A stretch of 64,000 nucleotides of DNA from Gammaproteobacteria bacterium (GTDB lineage Bacteria > Pseudomonadota > Gammaproteobacteria > Poriferisulfidales > GCA-002705445). Position numbers and translations under genes: made by a program. The number at the start of each line of letters is the position of its first letter. The first letter of the stretch is position 1. Location: NCBI GenBank assembly GCA_018674175.1, contig JABHAT010000007.1:53915-117914 (forward strand). The letters run 5' to 3'. This document shows, piece by piece, positions 1 to 10,911 of this stretch. The notes under the pieces were generated by a model. The model worked only from the letters and a program-made list of their open reading frames with translations, was not told the DNA's origin and did not search any database.

Positions 1-2
1 AT

Positions 3-1511
3 TTGGCAGTTAGGTATAGAGAACTTACTTCAAAAAATATAAATTTAGAAAAAAAAGAGGTTGTTTCAGAAACAATACATTACATGTTTATTCCCTGTGT
101 TTACACCTCCTTAACAACAATTGTGGCTTTTATATCGTTAGTTGTAAGCGGTATACGTCCTGTTATAGATTTTGGATATATGATGACTGTCGGAATATCA
201 TCAGCATTTATAATTACTTTTATAGTTTTTCCTACAATTTTGATGATACTGCCAAACGAAAATATCACTGAAAAAAATGATATTACAAAAAATATAACTA
301 ATAAGTTTGCTATTTTTTCAATACAAAATTATGGAAAAATAATTATTAGCGCTCTCTTAATACTAATAATAAGTGTATATGGGATTTCAAAAATTAAAGT
401 TGAAAACAGATTTATAGATTACTTTCATGAAAATACTGAAATACATCAGGGGATGCTCGAGATTGATAAAAAATTAGGTGGCACAACCCCCTTTGACATT
501 ATTATTGATAAACCATTAGCCCCAGATGACGAAATAATCGATAGTGATGATGATTTTGAATTTGATGAGTTATCAGAATTATTAGGAGACGATGAAGAAG
601 AAATTAAAGGTTATTGGTTAAGTAATCCAAAATTTAAAGAAATAGTAAAAATTCATGACTACTTAGATTCTCAGCCAGAGACGGGAAAAGTTTTGTCTCT
701 TGCTACATTGTATAAACTGGCAATTGGATTAAATGATGATGAGCCTTTGTCTGACCTACAGATAGGAGCTATAAAAAGTTCTCTTTCAGAAGAAGTGAGA
801 AAAGTTTTATTGAATCCTTATTTATCTCAAGATGAGACCCAGACAAGAATAACCTTAAGAATTATAGACTCAGATAAAAATTTAAATAGAAAAGAGTTTA
901 TTGAAAGAGTTGAGAATTTTTTGTCAGAAGAAATGCAGTATACGCCAGAAAGATTTAATACAACTAACATGTTGGTTCTTTATAATAATATGCTGCAAAG
1001 CTTATTTTCTTCTCAGATACAAACTATAGGTTTTGTTTTCATATCAATAATGTTTATGTTTACAATATTATTTAGATCATTTTATTTAGCAATACTTGCA
1101 ATAGTCCCAAATATTCTACCTGCAACTTTAGTTTTAGGTTTTATGGGCCTAAAATCTATTCCCTTGGATTTAATGACCATAACTATTGCAGCAATAAGTG
1201 TAGGTATAGCAGTAGATAATACCATTCACTATATTATTAGGTTTAAAAGAGAGTTTTCACAAAATAAAAATTATTCTGAATCTATTAAAATATGCCACGG
1301 TAGTATAGGTAAGGCAATGTATTACACGTCTTCAATAATAATAATTGGTTTCTCAATTTTGTCACTATCAAACTTTATACCAACAATATACTTTGGTCTT
1401 TTAACAGGTTTAGCAATGTTGGCAGCTCTTTTGGCTTCCTTGACACTATTGCCTGCATTATTAATGATTTTTAAACCCTTAGGAAAAGAAAATATACAGG
1501 ATGTTTCTTGA
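3..1511 (+). CDS. RND-superfamily exporter (MMPL/SSD type, HpnN-like), C-terminal ~500 aa; 5' end outside window
   Basis: The frame is open to the left edge. The layout is hydrophobic helices, then a ~200-aa acidic soluble loop, then a six-helix bundle (FVFISIMFMFTILF ... AISVGIAVDNTIHY ... LLPALLMIF). That matches the second half of a 12-TM RND/MMPL exporter. The family is named from recollection of HpnN/COG1033-type proteins, not from a search. Confidence 0.65.
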   Translation: MAVRYRELTSKNINLEKKEVVSETIHYMFIPCVYTSLTTIVAFISLVVSGIRPVIDFGYMMTVGISSAFIITFIVFPTILMILPNENITEKNDITKNITNKFAIFSIQNYGKIIISALLILIISVYGISKIKVENRFIDYFHENTEIHQGMLEIDKKLGGTTPFDIIIDKPLAPDDEIIDSDDDFEFDELSELLGDDEEEIKGYWLSNPKFKEIVKIHDYLDSQPETGKVLSLATLYKLAIGLNDDEPLSDLQIGAIKSSLSEEVRKVLLNPYLSQDETQTRITLRIIDSDKNLNRKEFIERVENFLSEEMQYTPERFNTTNMLVLYNNMLQSLFSSQIQTIGFVFISIMFMFTILFRSFYLAILAIVPNILPATLVLGFMGLKSIPLDLMTITIAAISVGIAVDNTIHYIIRFKREFSQNKNYSESIKICHGSIGKAMYYTSSIIIIGFSILSLSNFIPTIYFGLLTGLAMLAALLASLTLLPALLMIFKPLGKENIQDVS

Positions 1512-1542
1512 TGAACTACACAATTATGTGAAATAATACACT

Positions 1543-2151
1543 ATGAAAAAAACTAAAATGCAAAAAATATTAATATTTATACTTCCGCTTATTTTATTAG
1601 GAAATTCAGCATCTTTTGCTTACAAAGATACTCCTGAAGATATAATTTTATCTGCAGCTAATAACTTGTTCTCCGATGTAGAAAAGAATAAAAAAATATA
1701 TGAAGAAGATATCGCTGCTTTTTACAAAAGAGTTGACAGTGTTTTATCTCCAATAATAGATTTTGATATTTTGATTAAAACCATTATTGGTAAAAATAAT
1801 TATCAGAATACTTCAGAAGAGCTAAGAAATAGATTTAAGTTGGCTTTAAAAAATCAATTAATAAGAATATATGCAAAAACAATTGTTGAATATTCAGATT
1901 CTAAGATAGAAGTAATTAGTACTTCTGAGACAAAAGGCTTTTATATAGTGAAAACTGAATTATCACTTGGCCAAGGGAAACCTCCTTTCCAGGTTATCTA
2001 TGTAATGAAAAAATCTTTAGAAAATTGGAAGATTGTTGAAGTTGTGGCTAATGGTTTAAGACTTGTGAAAAGCTTAAGAAAAAGCCTTCTCCCAGAAATA
2101 GAAGAGAAAGGTATTGAGTTCGTAATAAGCAGATTAGAATCCGAGTCATAA
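1543..2151 (+). CDS. MlaC/Ttg2D (HpnM-like) periplasmic lipid-binding protein
   Basis: Has a Sec signal peptide (ILIFILPLILLGNSASFA). It aligns by eye with E. coli MlaC along its length (e.g. NWKIVEVVANGLRLV vs NWQAYDMIAEGVSMI). It lies directly upstream of murA, where mlaC sits in the mla-ibaG-murA arrangement. Confidence 0.7.
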   Translation: MKKTKMQKILIFILPLILLGNSASFAYKDTPEDIILSAANNLFSDVEKNKKIYEEDIAAFYKRVDSVLSPIIDFDILIKTIIGKNNYQNTSEELRNRFKLALKNQLIRIYAKTIVEYSDSKIEVISTSETKGFYIVKTELSLGQGKPPFQVIYVMKKSLENWKIVEVVANGLRLVKSLRKSLLPEIEEKGIEFVISRLESES

Positions 2152-4037
<1,886 letters not shown>

Positions 4038-4046
4038 AGAAAAATT

Positions 4047-5105
4047 ATGACACTTAAAACAGATGATCTGAGAATTATTGGAACACAAGAGCTTAGTACC
4101 CCAGATGAGGTTAGAAAAGAACTTTTTGTCACTGAAGCTGCAGCCAATACTATTTTGAATTCTAGAAAAACAATAGAGAATATATTAGATGAAAAAGACG
4201 ATAGGATTTTTGTAGTTATAGGACCTTGTTCAATACATGATCCTATTGCCGCTATGGAATATGCAAAAAAATTAAAAAAAATTTCTGAAAAGGTTTCTGA
4301 GAATTTATTTATAATAATGAGGGTATATTTTGAAAAACCTAGAACAACTATTGGTTGGAAAGGTTTAATAAATGACCCTATGCTTGACGGTAGTTTCAAA
4401 ATTAATGAAGGTGTGAGAATAGGAAGAAAACTTTTATTAGATATAGTAAATTTAGAAATGCCAACAGGTACTGAATATTTAGACCTAATTAGCCCTCAGT
4501 ATATAGCGGATATAATAAGTTGGGGTGCAATTGGCGCTAGAACTACGGAAAGTCAATGTCATAGAGAGTTAGCATCCGGTTTATCATGCCCGATTGGCTT
4601 TAAAAACGGAACAGATGGTAATTTACAGATTACTTTTGATGCTATAAAAGCAGCATCTGGCTCCCATCATTTTTTATCAGTAACAACAAAAGGTAACTCT
4701 GCAATTTTCTCAACCAGTGGGAATCCATATTGCCATACTATTTTAAGAGGTGGCAGTAATAAAATTAATTATGATGAAAAAAGTATAGATGACGTTTCTG
4801 CCCGATTGGATAAAGCAGGATTACCACAACAAATTATAGTAGATTGTAGTCATGCAAACAGCTTAAAAGATCATAAGAAGCAAATAGTTGTAGTAGAAGA
4901 CCTTGCGAATCAATTAAAGAAAGGTGAAAAAAGAATCAAAGGACTAATGATTGAAAGTAATTTGGTTGAAGGTAATCAAAATATCAATAATGATAAATTA
5001 ATTTACGGAAAAAGTGTGACGGACGCATGTATTGGTTGGGAAGACACTGAAAGAGCTTTGTATATACTGTCAGAGGCAATAGAAAAAAGAAAAAGTAATG
5101 CTTAG
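4047..5105 (+). CDS. aroG: 3-deoxy-7-phosphoheptulonate (DAHP) synthase, class I; feedback specificity not determinable
   Basis: 352 aa with AroF/G/H hallmarks: VIGPCSIHD, EKPRTTIGWKGLINDP and IESNLVEGNQ. Overlaps the hisD start by 8 nt. Confidence 0.9.
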   Translation: MTLKTDDLRIIGTQELSTPDEVRKELFVTEAAANTILNSRKTIENILDEKDDRIFVVIGPCSIHDPIAAMEYAKKLKKISEKVSENLFIIMRVYFEKPRTTIGWKGLINDPMLDGSFKINEGVRIGRKLLLDIVNLEMPTGTEYLDLISPQYIADIISWGAIGARTTESQCHRELASGLSCPIGFKNGTDGNLQITFDAIKAASGSHHFLSVTTKGNSAIFSTSGNPYCHTILRGGSNKINYDEKSIDDVSARLDKAGLPQQIIVDCSHANSLKDHKKQIVVVEDLANQLKKGEKRIKGLMIESNLVEGNQNINNDKLIYGKSVTDACIGWEDTERALYILSEAIEKRKSNA

Positions 5106-6405
5106 TATAAAAAAAATTAGTTCTAGTGACAAAAAATTTTCTGAGAATTTGAAAAATAATATTCTTCAGAGAAAATTTAATACTTCTGGTATAAAAGATA
5201 AGGTAAAAGACATAATATCTGAGGTTAGAAAAAATGGAGATGAAGCTTTAATAAAATTTTCGGGTAAATATGATAATTATTATATTGATAATGCTAAGGA
5301 TTTAGAAATACCAAAAGAAAAATTTCTTGAAGCTTTAGATAAAATAAGTAAAGAAGAGTTAGAGGCTTTAAAGTATGCAAAAAAGAGAATAGAAGAATTT
5401 GCATCACACCAAAAATCAAAATCTTGGGATTACACTAGCGAAGAAATAAAATTAGGAGAGAAAATTACTCCAATAAATAAAGTTGGTATATATGTTCCTG
5501 GGGGTTCAGCTGTATATCCATCAAGTGTGTTAATGAATGCAGTGCCGGCCAAAGTTGCTGGGGTCAAAGAAATAATTATGGTTGTCCCATCACCAAATGG
5601 CGAAGTAAATAATTTAGTATTAGCCGCTGCTCACCTAGGTGGAGTAGACAGATTATTTAGAATAGGTGGTGCGCATGCTATAGCTGCTCTAGCAATAGGC
5701 ACAAATACAATACCAAAAGTAAATATGATAGTTGGTCCAGGTAATCAGTATGTAGCGGAAGCTAAAAAAGAATTATACGGAGAAGTTGGTATTGATAGTT
5801 TTGCTGGCCCATCAGAGATTCTAATTATTGCTGACTCAAAAGCAAATATTTCATGGATAGTAGCTGATTTATTTTCTCAGGCAGAACATGACGTCTTAGC
5901 ACAATCAATATTAATTTCACCAGATAAAGATTTGTTACAAAAAGTGGAAGAGCATATTTTAAAAGAACTGCCAAACCAAGAAAGGAAGGGCATAATAAAG
6001 GAATCATTACAAAATTTTGGATTATTAATTAATTCAAAAAATATTGAAGAAGCTATAAAGATATCAAATGATTTAGCACCAGAACACCTTCAGATGTCTG
6101 TTGAAAATAGTGAAGATTATTTAGATAAAATTGAAAATGCTGGGGCTATATTTTTAGGAGAATATACGCCAGAAGTTTTTGGCGACTATTGTGCTGGTTC
6201 AAATCATGTTCTTCCTACGGTTGGTACAGCGAAGTTTTCTTCACCTTTAGGAGTTTATGATTTTCAAAAAAGATCTAATATTATCAAATGTTCAAAAAAA
6301 TCTTCTAGAATATTAGCTAAGCATGCAACAGTTATCGCAAATGCAGAAGGGTTATTTTCTCACAAAGAGTCTGCAGCCTTAAGAAAAGGAGAATATGATG
6401 AGTGA
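5098..6405 (+). CDS. hisD: histidinol dehydrogenase
   Basis: 435 aa. Conserved blocks are GPGNQYVAEAK, SQAEHD and APEHLQ. Confidence 0.95.
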   Translation: MLSIKKISSSDKKFSENLKNNILQRKFNTSGIKDKVKDIISEVRKNGDEALIKFSGKYDNYYIDNAKDLEIPKEKFLEALDKISKEELEALKYAKKRIEEFASHQKSKSWDYTSEEIKLGEKITPINKVGIYVPGGSAVYPSSVLMNAVPAKVAGVKEIIMVVPSPNGEVNNLVLAAAHLGGVDRLFRIGGAHAIAALAIGTNTIPKVNMIVGPGNQYVAEAKKELYGEVGIDSFAGPSEILIIADSKANISWIVADLFSQAEHDVLAQSILISPDKDLLQKVEEHILKELPNQERKGIIKESLQNFGLLINSKNIEEAIKISNDLAPEHLQMSVENSEDYLDKIENAGAIFLGEYTPEVFGDYCAGSNHVLPTVGTAKFSSPLGVYDFQKRSNIIKCSKKSSRILAKHATVIANAEGLFSHKESAALRKGEYDE

Positions 6406-7468
6406 AAAAATTATGAATTTTTTTAGAAATGATATTAGCGATTTGAGTGAGTATAAAATTTTTGATTCAAAAAATATGGTTAAACTAGATGCAATGGAAA
6501 ATCCTTATGATTTAAATATAAAATTTGAAATAAAAGGATTGTCTTCTGGGTCAGTAAGTTTAAACAGATATCCTGATGCTGATTGTCAAAGTTTAAAAAA
6601 TAAATTGCATAGTAAATATAAGTTAGATAATAAATATGATCTAATAATTGGTAATGGTTCAGATGAGTTAATACAGCTTATTTGCCTAGCATTTCTTAAA
6701 AAAGAAAATGTAGTTCTTTGTCCTGCGCCATCCTTTAGTATGTATAAAAAAATATCTCAAGTCTTAGATCTTCAGTTCGAAGAAGTTTCATTGCAAGAAG
6801 ATTTTTCACTAGATTTAGAGTTAATGCTAAAAAAAATAGAAGAATTTGACCCTGCTATTATATTTCTTGCTTTCCCAAACAATCCAACTGGAAATTTATG
6901 GGATAAAAATGATATTGATCTAATAATAAAAAAAGCAAATGGAGTCGTCGTTATTGACGAAGCATATGGTTCTTTTTCTGGAGAATCATTTATTGGAAAA
7001 ATGGATAATTATGATAATTTATTAATAATGAAGACTGTTTCTAAGATTGGACTTGCTGGAATTAGGGTGGGCTATTTAATAGGAGAAGATTATATAATAA
7101 AAAATATTAATAAACTTAGACTTCCTTTTAACATTAATACTTTGTCCCAAAAAATTAGCGAATTCTCACTTGAGAATAGTAATTATTTGGAAAATCAGAC
7201 TAATGATATTATTAAACTTAGAGAATTATTAATCTCAAAAATGGAAGGTATTGATAAGATAAAAGTTTATAAAAGTAAAACAAATTTTATACTATTTAAA
7301 GTCCTATCTGGAACAGCTGATAATGTTTTTAAAAGCCTTATATCTAAAAAAATATTGATAAAAAATATGGCAAATACTCCAGGGCTAGAAAATTATCTGA
7401 GAGTTACTGTCGGATCAGAAAAAGAGAATAATTTATTTATACAATCCTTGAAAAATTCAATAAATTAA
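6395..7468 (+). CDS. hisC: histidinol-phosphate aminotransferase
   Basis: 357-aa class II aminotransferase. PLP-lysine context is TVSKIGLAGIRVGY. Overlaps hisD by 11 nt. Confidence 0.9.
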   Translation: MMSEKIMNFFRNDISDLSEYKIFDSKNMVKLDAMENPYDLNIKFEIKGLSSGSVSLNRYPDADCQSLKNKLHSKYKLDNKYDLIIGNGSDELIQLICLAFLKKENVVLCPAPSFSMYKKISQVLDLQFEEVSLQEDFSLDLELMLKKIEEFDPAIIFLAFPNNPTGNLWDKNDIDLIIKKANGVVVIDEAYGSFSGESFIGKMDNYDNLLIMKTVSKIGLAGIRVGYLIGEDYIIKNINKLRLPFNINTLSQKISEFSLENSNYLENQTNDIIKLRELLISKMEGIDKIKVYKSKTNFILFKVLSGTADNVFKSLISKKILIKNMANTPGLENYLRVTVGSEKENNLFIQSLKNSIN

Positions 7469-7552
7469 AGATTTTTCGCACAAAAAAACCATACATTATG
7501 CTAGAATGGCGCAAGTTATAAATATTAAGAATCATGAAAAGGAAGTTTATCA

Positions 7553-8134
7553 ATGTCTAGCGACAGTCCCGATAATAGTAGAAGAAAATTTTTAACAGGT
7601 AGCTTGTCACTAGTTGGTGGAACTGGTGCTGCAGCTACTCTTTGGCCTTTTTTATCATCAATGGCACCAAGCGCAAAATCAAGGGCAGCTGGCGCACCTG
7701 TCAAAGTTGATATTAGTAGATTGAAAGATGGCGAAAAAATTGATTTGATATGGAGAAAAAAGCCAATATGGGTTGTTAAGAGAACAAAAAATATGCTTGA
7801 TAGTATAAATACTAATGAAGGGCAGCATAAAGATCCTATGTCAGAAAATACAGAGCAGCAGCCTGATTTTGCAAAAAATAAGTTTAGATCGTTAAAGCCT
7901 GAAATATTAGTTTTGGAGGGAGTTTGTACTCATCTTGGATGTAATCCAGCTTTTAAGTCTGACGAAAACAAATTTTTCTGCGCATGTCACGGCTCTAACT
8001 TTGATTTAGCAGGAAAAGTAGCAAATGGAAGTCCAGCAGGCGCTAATTTGAAGGTGCCTCCTTATAGATTTGAAGACGAAAATACTATAATTGTTGGTGA
8101 ATTGCCACAAAGTGATAACGAAAGTAAAGGTTAA
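7553..8134 (+). CDS. petA: ubiquinol-cytochrome c reductase Rieske iron-sulfur subunit
   Basis: Tat signal SRRKFLTG. Rieske boxes CTHLGC and CACHGS are both present. Confidence 0.95.
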   Translation: MSSDSPDNSRRKFLTGSLSLVGGTGAAATLWPFLSSMAPSAKSRAAGAPVKVDISRLKDGEKIDLIWRKKPIWVVKRTKNMLDSINTNEGQHKDPMSENTEQQPDFAKNKFRSLKPEILVLEGVCTHLGCNPAFKSDENKFFCACHGSNFDLAGKVANGSPAGANLKVPPYRFEDENTIIVGELPQSDNESKG

Positions 8135-8136
8135 AA

Positions 8137-9555
8137 ATGAGTGAAATTAGTGGAAAGATCGATGATAAGAGTTCTCCATCTGGAGTTATAGGTTGGGTAG
8201 ACGAAAGGCTACCAATTTTAAGCTTTGTTAGAAATCATCTAACACATTATTACACACCAAAAAACTTTAATTTTTGGTATTTTTTTGGTTCTCTTGCTTT
8301 TTTAATTCTGTTCTTACAAATATTTACAGGAATATTTTTAGCAATGCATTATAAGCCAGATGCTAAGCTCGCTTTTGATTCTGTAGAATTTATTATGAGA
8401 GATGTGAACCTAGGATGGCTTATAAGATACATGCATTCAACGGGAGCATCAGCTTTTTTTGTCGTTGTATATCTTCATATGTTTAGAGCTCTAATGTACG
8501 GGTCTTTTAAAAAACCTAGAGAATTAATCTGGTTATTCGGTGTATTTATTTATTTAGCTTTGATGGCAGAAGCATTCATGGGTTATTTGCTTCCTTGGGG
8601 GCAGACGTCTTATTGGGGAGCTCAAGTAATTATAAACTTATTTACAACTATTCCTTTTATCGGACAAGAGCTTGGTATATGGATAAGAGGTGATTTTGCA
8701 ATATCAGACCCAACTTTAACTAGATTCTTTGCATTACATATTGTTGCAGTACCCATGGTAATTTTACTATTAGTTATACTTCATTTAGCAGCACTACATA
8801 CTGTCGGTTCAAATAATCCAGACGGTGTAGAAATAAAAAAACATAAAGATGAAAATGGTGTACCATTAGACGGCATTCCATTTCATCCCTACTACACAGT
8901 TAAAGATTTTGTAGGAATAGGTGTTTTCCTATTCTTGTTCGCACTTACAGTATTTTTTATACCAGAAATGGGCGGTTATTTCCTAGAGCATGCTAATTTC
9001 ATACCAGCTAACCCACTAGTAACCCCAGATCACATAGCTCCGGTTTGGTATTTTACTCCATTTTATTCGATCTTAAGAGCCATACCTGATCCTGCATATG
9101 GGGCTTTAGCAATGGCAATGTCTATTGTGGTCTTATTCTTTATGCCATGGATAGATAGCAATCCAATTAAATCTATAAGATATAGAAGTATGTTATTTAG
9201 AATCAATCTTTTTGTATTTGTAATTGGTTTTCTAATTCTGGGTTATTTAGGAGTTAAAGCTCCAACTCCATTGTATAGCGCACTAGCTCTTAGATTTAGT
9301 GAAATGTATTTTATATTTTTTGCACTTCTTTATTTTTACAGTTCAGCCAGAGGCAATTTATACAGCTACATTTTCACAGGAGCTATAGTATTTTTAATTG
9401 CTATATATGATGTTGCAAGAATCACCAGTGATAATTATATTTCTGTATTAATTGGTCTAGCATCAGTATGTATATTTATCATGTTTATGACTTTAACTCC
9501 TTTATTTTCAAATTTAAATAAAGAGAAACAAGTTCCCGATAGGATAACCGGATGA
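8137..9555 (+). CDS. petB: cytochrome b (bc1 complex), with a C-terminal hydrophobic extension
   Basis: Heme-ligand His contexts are RYMHSTGASAFF and FFALHIVAVP. The Qo motif is PVWYFTPFY, the beta/gamma-proteobacterial PVWY variant. At 472 aa it is longer than the ~400-440 aa I recall for proteobacterial homologues. Confidence 0.93.
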   Translation: MSEISGKIDDKSSPSGVIGWVDERLPILSFVRNHLTHYYTPKNFNFWYFFGSLAFLILFLQIFTGIFLAMHYKPDAKLAFDSVEFIMRDVNLGWLIRYMHSTGASAFFVVVYLHMFRALMYGSFKKPRELIWLFGVFIYLALMAEAFMGYLLPWGQTSYWGAQVIINLFTTIPFIGQELGIWIRGDFAISDPTLTRFFALHIVAVPMVILLLVILHLAALHTVGSNNPDGVEIKKHKDENGVPLDGIPFHPYYTVKDFVGIGVFLFLFALTVFFIPEMGGYFLEHANFIPANPLVTPDHIAPVWYFTPFYSILRAIPDPAYGALAMAMSIVVLFFMPWIDSNPIKSIRYRSMLFRINLFVFVIGFLILGYLGVKAPTPLYSALALRFSEMYFIFFALLYFYSSARGNLYSYIFTGAIVFLIAIYDVARITSDNYISVLIGLASVCIFIMFMTLTPLFSNLNKEKQVPDRITG

Positions 9556-10283
9556 TTAAAAAAAATATTTTTATACTTTTATTTTTAGTAATTGTAAATA
9601 GTGTGTCTTATGCAGCAAGTCAAAAAAGTGAACTAGCTGAAAAATATAAAGCTATGAACAGTATAAATAATAAAGCATCCCTTCAAAGAGGAGCAAAGTA
9701 TTTTGTAAACTACTGTAGTGGTTGTCATTCTTTGAAATATATGAGAATGAGCACTTTAGCTGAAGATTTAAATATTGAAGAGGTAGTTTTTTCACAAAAT
9801 TTACTTTTTTCTAATAAAAAAATTGGTGAAACAATGACAATACCTATGTCAGAGTCTGATGCCATATTATGGTTTAATGCTATTCCACCAGATTTAAGTT
9901 TAACAGCTAGATCAAAAGGACCAGATTATATATATTCAAAGCTAAATACTTACTATGAGGATGATAGCAGCCCAACCGGGTTTAATAATATAGCTTTACC
10001 AAATACCTCAATGCCAAATATATTAGCAGGGCTTCAAGGGGGACAGAAACTTGAATTAGATGATAAAAATAATCCAGTTGGTTTTATTAAAATATCTAAA
10101 GGAACCCACAATGATTTAGAGTATAAGCAATTAACAAACGATATTACAAATTTTTTAGTTTATGTTTCTGAGCCTGCCAAATTGAGAAGATATTCAATGG
10201 GGTTCTGGGTATTAATGTTTATATTTATATTTACTATTATAGCGTACTATACGAAGAAAGAATTTTGGAAAGATGTACATTAA
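9552..10283 (+). CDS. petC: cytochrome c1
   Basis: Has a signal peptide, the heme c motif CSGCHS and a C-terminal membrane anchor (FWVLMFIFIFTIIAYY). Overlaps petB by 4 nt. Confidence 0.9.
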   Translation: MIKKNIFILLFLVIVNSVSYAASQKSELAEKYKAMNSINNKASLQRGAKYFVNYCSGCHSLKYMRMSTLAEDLNIEEVVFSQNLLFSNKKIGETMTIPMSESDAILWFNAIPPDLSLTARSKGPDYIYSKLNTYYEDDSSPTGFNNIALPNTSMPNILAGLQGGQKLELDDKNNPVGFIKISKGTHNDLEYKQLTNDITNFLVYVSEPAKLRRYSMGFWVLMFIFIFTIIAYYTKKEFWKDVH

Positions 10284-10299
10284 CCAATAGGTAAAAATT

Positions 10300-10911
10300 A
10301 TGCATACCATGACTTTATATTCAGATCCAAATAGTGCTCAGTCTCATAGAGTTAGAATAGTACTAGGTGAGAAAGATTTAATCTTTAATGTTGAGGATAT
10401 AATATCAGGTCAAAATAATGAAGATTTAATAGCATTAAATCCAAATAACACAACCCCAACTTTTGTAGATAGAAATCTGGTTTTATATGAATCTAGAGTA
10501 ATTATGGAATATTTAGATGAAAGATTTCCTCACCCACCATTGATGCCAGTTGACCCAGTAATAAGAGCAAAGACAAGAATGGTTCTACATTATATAGAAA
10601 AAGACTTATATGGATTACTAGATGACATAAAATCTAGCGGAGAAAAAAAATCTAGTACAGCAAAAATTAAGTTAAAAGAAAATTTAATGTTGTCTTTAGA
10701 TTTTATTCAGGGAAAAAATTTTTTTCTAAGTGATGATTTCAGCATTATAGATTGTAGCATGGCTCCTATACTATGGAGACTTCCAGAATATGGTATTGAG
10801 TTACCAAAAAGCGCAAAACCAATACTAAAATATGCAGAAAAATTATTTGAGAGAACTTCTTTTGTAGAAAATTTGTCGGAGCAAGAAGAAGAAATGAGAA
10901 GTATATATTAA
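10300..10911 (+). CDS. sspA: stringent starvation protein A (GST-like RNAP-associated)
   Basis: Close by-eye match to E. coli SspA: ESRVIMEYLDERFPHPPLMPVDPV, and FFLSDDFSIIDCSMAPILWRLPEYGIEL compared with YFLSDEFSLVDCYLAPLLWRLPQLGIEF. Sits downstream of petABC as in other gammaproteobacteria. No sspB follows. Confidence 0.92.
   Translation: MHTMTLYSDPNSAQSHRVRIVLGEKDLIFNVEDIISGQNNEDLIALNPNNTTPTFVDRNLVLYESRVIMEYLDERFPHPPLMPVDPVIRAKTRMVLHYIEKDLYGLLDDIKSSGEKKSSTAKIKLKENLMLSLDFIQGKNFFLSDDFSIIDCSMAPILWRLPEYGIELPKSAKPILKYAEKLFERTSFVENLSEQEEEMRSIY

Noticed and set aside
7469-7552. Promoter call upstream of petA (TGcTAGAAT extended -10 at 7499-7507)
   Set aside because: The motif is visible, but no acceptable -35 lies at proper spacing. 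Sequences like this occur frequently by chance in DNA this AT-rich, so it is not reported as a feature.
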